From positions 372,001-436,000 of the forward strand of contig MCFG01000003.1 in assembly GCA_002104895.1 (NCBI GenBank): 64,000 nucleotides of DNA, read 5' to 3'. The translations under genes and the position numbers were made by a program. Origin of the DNA: Anaeromyces robustus (taxonomy: Eukaryota). Within the stretch, counting starts at the first letter, position 1; each line of letters opens with the position of its first letter. Positions 48,319 through 64,000 of the stretch are shown here, in pieces. A model generated the notes under the pieces. The model was given only the letters and a program-made list of their open reading frames with translations, searched no databases and was not told the DNA's origin.

Positions 48319-49040
48319 TTTATATTCTTTTTAAATATAATTTTTTATATAGATTTTGATTTTGATTGTATGATTTTAAATTTTAAAAAAATAAATTATT
48401 TTATTTTTTTTAATATATTAAAATATAAACAAAATTAATCTTTTAAACAAATAATATTTATTTTATATATATATATTTTTTTTAATTTCTTTCTTTTTAA
48501 ATTTTTTTGAAATTATTTTTTTTTTTATTTTTTCTTTTAATAAGAAAAAAAAAAAAATCTATTATTAATACTATAGTAAAATAAAAAAAAAGAGAGCAAA
48601 TTTTAAAATTGAAAAGATATTTTTGTAATATATATGAAAAATAAACTTAATATATTATTACAATTTAATAGGATTGATTTTATATATACAATTTTTTTTT
48701 TATATATTATTTTTTATTTATTTTAATATATCATTTATTATGAGTATAAATCGATATATTAATTAGAATTATTTATTTATTGTAATATATAATATAATAT
48801 AATATTTAATATATAATGTAATATAAAGTAAGTACTAGAACAATATATTCATAATATTGATATAATAAAACACAATTTATTTATTTAGTTTAAAAAATTT
48901 AAACTAAAATAATGGTTATATATTAATAATGATAATTATAATAAAATATTAATAATAAAAATAATGATTATAATTATTATTATTATTAGTTTATACAGGT
49001 TTAAAAATATATATATATTGTATAAATATATATAATATAT

Positions 49041-49499
49041 TTATTTATTTAGTTCAAGAACCATATAAACATCTGAATAAATATTATCATTATATTTCTG
49101 GGTATTTATGAATCCTGCTTTGCGATACAATCTGATAGCATTTTTACTTGTTGTTGAAATAGAATCCAGATACATCTTGTCATATCCCCTTTTTTGAGCA
49201 TAATTTATTGCTGTTTCAAGAAGTAGTCTTCCGTATCCTTTGCCATGATATTTCTCCAAGAGATATAATGATTTAAGTTCACAACTTGTTTTGAAGAGTT
49301 TTCTGATAGCAACAGTACCGATTATTTCCTCTTTATCAAATATACACCAAAATTTATCAAAATAATTAGTAATATCTTTATAAAATTTGTGTCTACCTTC
49401 AATTTCAAGTATTCTTCCTGATTCTGGTAGACACTTTTTAAGGAAATTTATAAGGAGGGGTTCAAAACATATATTATAATCTATAGGTTTAAAAGACAT
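49041..49499 (-). CDS. GNAT family N-acetyltransferase, intronless, bacterial-like
   Basis: IIGTVAIRKL...CELKSLYLLEKYHGKGYGRLLL (acetyl-CoA motif A)...MYLDS...AIRLYRKAGF...YNDN. Single 152-aa exon. Confidence 0.92.
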   Translation of the reverse strand: MSFKPIDYNICFEPLLINFLKKCLPESGRILEIEGRHKFYKDITNYFDKFWCIFDKEEIIGTVAIRKLFKTSCELKSLYLLEKYHGKGYGRLLLETAINYAQKRGYDKMYLDSISTTSKNAIRLYRKAGFINTQKYNDNIYSDVYMVLELNK

Positions 49500-50084
49500 T
49501 TTTCATAATATAAGTTTATTATTAAACTTAATTCAATAATTAATAGTCTATAATATATTTTAATATATGTTAATATTTTTTTTAATATAATTTTTTATAA
49601 TTATTTTGAAAATTCTTTATTTTTTTTTTATATTTTTAAAAAATTTTTTATATTATTTAATCTAATTTATTTATGGTTTATTTTCATTTTTTTTAATTTA
49701 AATATTATTCTATAAATGGTTGGAATATATTTAACCAATCAAATAATTAAATAAGAAAATTTCAGAATATTTCATTGATGAATTAATTCAAATAAATACA
49801 CGTGAATAGTATAATATTTATGTGTAATTATTTTTAAATTAAAAACTTTAAAAAAATGCTTTTTTATATTATTATATCCATTTTTATTTTAAAATTCTGT
49901 ATAAAAAAATACCAAAATAAATTTTTAATATTTTGAATATAATAATATTTATTATATTATATAAAAAAATAATAAAATTAATTAACTGATTTTAAATTTC
50001 TATTTAAAAATTATATTTATTATATTATTTGTATTATATCACATGATATTTTAAATAATAAAAAGTATTTATGGAATATACAAA

Positions 50085-50131
<47 letters not shown>

Positions 50132-50210
50132 TTATTATTATTATTATTATTATTACTATTACTACTACTACTACTAAAAATAATATAATAATAATAATAA
50201 TAATAATAAT
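50085..50210. repeat. Compound (CTA)n/(TTA)n/(AAT)n microsatellite
   Basis: Directly visible. Confidence 0.9.
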
Positions 50211-51145
50211 AAAATAGATATTTATGTAAAATTATGAGTGTTAAGAAATGAAAGAAATATTTTTTAATAAATTAAATCATAATTAATTGATTAAATTAAT
50301 TGTTTATATCAGAAAACTTAATCTCCTTATTATTAAAATATACCATAAATAGTAATTATGTTTATTATATAAATTTTTAAATTTTAAATTTAAAAAAATA
50401 TATGTAAGAAAATAATGAATTATACTTATTCAGTAATTAATATTAATTGATAATTAAAATAATTAACTTCTAAAAAAAACCAAACCAAACCATATCAAAC
50501 AAAAAAAAAATAAATAAATAAAAAAAAATATAATAAGAAAATAAAAACAACACAGAAATACACAAATAAACAAGCAAACAAACAAAAAACAAAAAAACAA
50601 AAACATAAAATAGACAAATAAACGGCACAACCATTCAAATAATAATAATAATAATAAATTAATTAATTACCTACCTTATTTTATTTTATTATTAACTAAT
50701 TAATTAATTCTAATAATTATATATTAAAAAGTATATTACTGTTATATATTAATTAAACAATATTTTTATATCTTTTATTTCTATACTAATTTTTATTTTT
50801 TTTATTCATTTTATTATTACTTTACAGTAATAATAATTAGAATAAAATAAAATAAAATAAAATAAAATAAAATAAAAACATAATTATTTATTTCTATAAT
50901 AATATTATGTAATTAATGTAGTTTTGATTATTAATTAATTATAAATAATTTATTAATTATTGTTATAATATAGATTTAATGATTATAATAAAAATGAAGG
51001 TACAATGAAAAAATATATATTTCATTTTAGATTCAGATAGTATATATTATGATACAATAAGAATATTATATAATCATTATATTTCATTATTTAATTAGTT
51101 TATATTAAAATGTTAAATAGTTGATATATAATAAGTTTCAAGTAT

Positions 51146-52933
<1,788 letters not shown>

Positions 52934-53588
52934 TTTGTTAAAAGTTAAAAATAATTCTTTATATTAAAAAAAGAAATAGATATAAAAGTTAAACTCTTTA
53001 ATTTAAATATATCTATTTTTCTTTCTTTTGTCTATTTTATTATTTTTTTTTTTATTTTATTCTTTTTTTCAATCTTCTAATAATACAAATAATAGAATAT
53101 TGAATAACGATAATTATTGCTCTTATAGTGTAATAAATTATTACTTTTAATATTGAGTTTACAGTTACATATATATATATATTTTGGATTCGATATACAT
53201 AAATATAAGAAATTATATAAAATATTAATAAAAATGGAGAAATAATTTTTAATAATTTATTAAATAATTATAAATATTATTTAATAAAATAATATTAAAA
53301 TTGTAATATGATATAATTTATTAATTATAGTATAAAAATAAAAAACTTTAATATTTTAAAATAAAAATAAAGAATATATTATAATTTATGAAAACACGTG
53401 TATTTTTTATTTAAATAAAACATAGTTTTATACATTTAATTCACAATTTTTAATTTAAAAGTTTTCAGAGGTAGTTTGTTAATAACGCATAAGAAAGAAA
53501 TAATAAAATTAAAACATAATTATATTTTCAATAGTGTTTATTAACAATAATAATTTTTGAGTTTTTAATAATTTAATAATTCAACAAC

Positions 53589-54360
53589 ATGTAATATCTT
53601 ATTATAAATGATTTTATGTAATTTTATTATATATATATATATATATTTTGTATTTAAAATTTTACTAGTGAAAATATTTGAAATCTTTTATCATAAAATA
53701 TAGAAATTATTAGTTTATTAATTTCTTTAAAAATATATATAAAAAATATATATATAAAAAAAGAAAAATGTTTTTATTTTTCCTTTTTTTTTATAAATGT
53801 GGTTATAAAGTAAAAAATTATGTTATATATATATATATATTTTTTAAATTATTTATTGAATAATTAATCAATTAAATTTTGTATATTTAATTTTAATTTC
53901 AACTATTATAGGTCAGAATATTGGGTATCGAATAAAAAGTATTATTGTAAATATTGTAAAATTTATATTACAGATAATAAAATAGTAAAGTATTTATTAA
54001 TTTTTTTAAAAGATATATTATATATATTATACATTTTTTTTTTTTTAATTAATTTTTTATAATTTTTATTGTAAATTTTTTATTGAATTAATTTGTTTAA
54101 TTTTAAAAGAGTAGACAAACTCATGATAATGGAAGAAAACACAAAGAAATAGTTCAAATGTATATAAGAGATGTTCAAAAGAGGAAAAAAGAGGAAGAAA
54201 AAGAAGCAGAAGAAACAAGGAAGATGTTACAACAAATTGAAAAAGTAATTTTTTTAAATATATATATATTTTAATGGAATTATTTATCAATTTTATATTA
54301 TTTTAAATGTATATATATATAAAATTAATATGAAAACGAATAGCAATATGTTTATTGTAA

Positions 54361-54409
<49 letters not shown>

Positions 54410-54504
54410 CTATTAAATTTTGAAATTTAAAATTGATATTGAAAATTTGTTTTTTTGAAATTTCATTTATTGTATATCTTGATTTAATTCCTTTTTTTTT
54501 TTTG

Positions 54505-54538
<34 letters not shown>

Positions 54539-55082
54539 CATAATATTAATAATTAAAATTAATTATAAATATATATAATAGGCTGCTTATAAACAATATT
54601 CAAAAGATTGTCTTGCAAATGATAAGTTATCGACAAAAGATTTGAAAGTAAATTTTTCATATTATGATCCAACAGAAAAAAGTAATAATAAAATAGAACA
54701 AAATGATAAAAAGAAGGAAGAAGTAAAAAATGAAAAAGAAAAGTCAAAAATAATTGATAAAAATACAGGTATTGGTCAGTGGGAAGTAGTTGAACCAGAA
54801 GAGAGTGTAGAGGATCCATCAGCAGTGCCTTTTAAACCAAATGATAATGGAGGTGACAATGATAATATATTTCATGCTAAAGAATCATCGTATAATTCAA
54901 GTATACAGGTTATTTATGAAGAGGAAAAGGATATAGATGATTTAAAAAACTTTAAAATAGAGGAAAAAAAATTAGTTATTGAACCTACGGATGATAATAC
55001 TGATGAAAAACCGGTTTTATTTAAAAAAAGAAAATCAGGACGAAAAGATAAAAAGAGAAATACAAGAATAAAACTTGAATAA
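53589..55082 (+). CDS. U1C/matrin-type zinc finger spliceosomal protein (WBP4/FBP21-like), 4 coding exons
   Basis: (M)SEYWVSNKKYYCKYCKIYITDNKISRQTHDNGRKHKE, then a coiled coil, GIGQWEVV and a basic LFKKRK tail. The start AT|G (53589-53590 plus 53912) is the best candidate but other upstream AT|GT sites exist. No WW domains seen. Confidence 0.85.
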
Positions 55083-55414
55083 ATAATATATTTATTGTTT
55101 TAATTATTATTATTATTATCATATTATTATTATATTGTTATTATATTTTTATTATTTCAATAGAAGAGCAAAATTATAAAGTTTTTGTGACAAAAATAAT
55201 TATAATAATAATAGTTAAAATCGTGTAAATTATATAAATATTAATAATAATAAATAAATATATATAAATCTAAATAAATTTAGATAAAATAAATACCATA
55301 ATATTTATTTATTTTAAATGTTTATCGTTATAATTTTAAGTCTTTATGTTCTTTTTAACATTATTAATGTTAATCAATAAATGGATGAATGTTTGAGCAA
55401 ACAAACAAATAAAA

Positions 55415-55525
<111 letters not shown>

Positions 55526-56118
55526 AAAATATTCATTGAATAATAACAGAATATGCATATAGTAATAATTGATTGTTTATTATTGTCATGTTTAATAATA
55601 TGAATTTAGATTTTTATTTCATATATTAAATTATATTAAATTATTTATAATATTTATAATACTTATTTGTACATGTTTATATATACTTTTGTTTTATAAA
55701 AGATGTTTTAAATTTCTTATTTTGCTGTCAAGAAGTTTCTATTATTTTATTAACTTATAATTTATTTCATATTTATTATAAAAATTAAAGTTTTTTTTTA
55801 TTTTGGTAAATTAATATATAAAAAAAAATTTAATTTTTTAAATAAAATTAATAATGAAACATTTTTAAATTTAATTAACAATTAATTTTAAGAATGAAAA
55901 ACAAACATCAAAAACTAAACAATACAATCAATAATAAAAAAATTTTTATATAAAAACGAAATTAATTTGGAATTCATATCAAATTTATGAATTATATTTA
56001 ATTTCACCTTTTATAAATAAATATATATAATAGATTATTACTTATTAAAACCCAATTAAAAAAGAAAAAAATACAAGTTTCTTTTCATATAAATAATATA
56101 TATATATATATATAAAGT

Positions 56119-64000
<7,882 letters not shown>

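Noticed and set aside
48881..48912. AT-rich hairpin downstream of the GNAT as a relic bacterial terminator
   Set aside because: Almost all A/T with a bulge; expected by chance at this base composition.

Overview
Eukaryotic, intron-rich and extremely AT-rich DNA (well over 80% AT by eye, not computed), with long (AAT)n and (TTTA)n microsatellites and poly-Asn proteins. Fungal-type genes (Slt2/Mpk1 MAPK, Ydj1-type DnaJ, Mpd1/P5-like PDI) occur together with motile-flagellum genes (CFAP46, DNAAF5, KIF27-like) and an intronless bacterial-looking GNAT. This combination points to a zoosporic anaerobic gut fungus (Neocallimastigomycota); that assignment is inference. I reconstructed 14 protein-coding genes by hand using GT-AG splicing: RING-CH E3 ligase, IQ-DH-PH RhoGEF, CFAP46, ribosomal P2, two tandem SPFH genes, a PDI-like protein, MAPK, DNAAF5, DnaJ, GNAT, a frequenin-like calcium sensor, a WBP4-like zinc finger and a KIF27-like kinesin that runs off the window. 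The most unusual items are: (1) an otherwise unexplained stretch at about 24.1-24.8 kb with a 38-bp-arm hairpin, small palindromes and what looks like a decayed Cys-rich peptide gene between 17-nt direct repeats; (2) a tandem pair of bacterial-type SPFH genes that differ by two adjacent introns and a homopolymer frameshift; (3) two genes whose ATG is split by an intron; (4) a PDI lacking its CxxC; (5) a probable horizontally acquired GNAT. No rRNA, tRNA, CRISPR array or intact transposon was recognised. I cannot claim a clearly new biological system. Protein family calls come from remembered motifs, not database searches.
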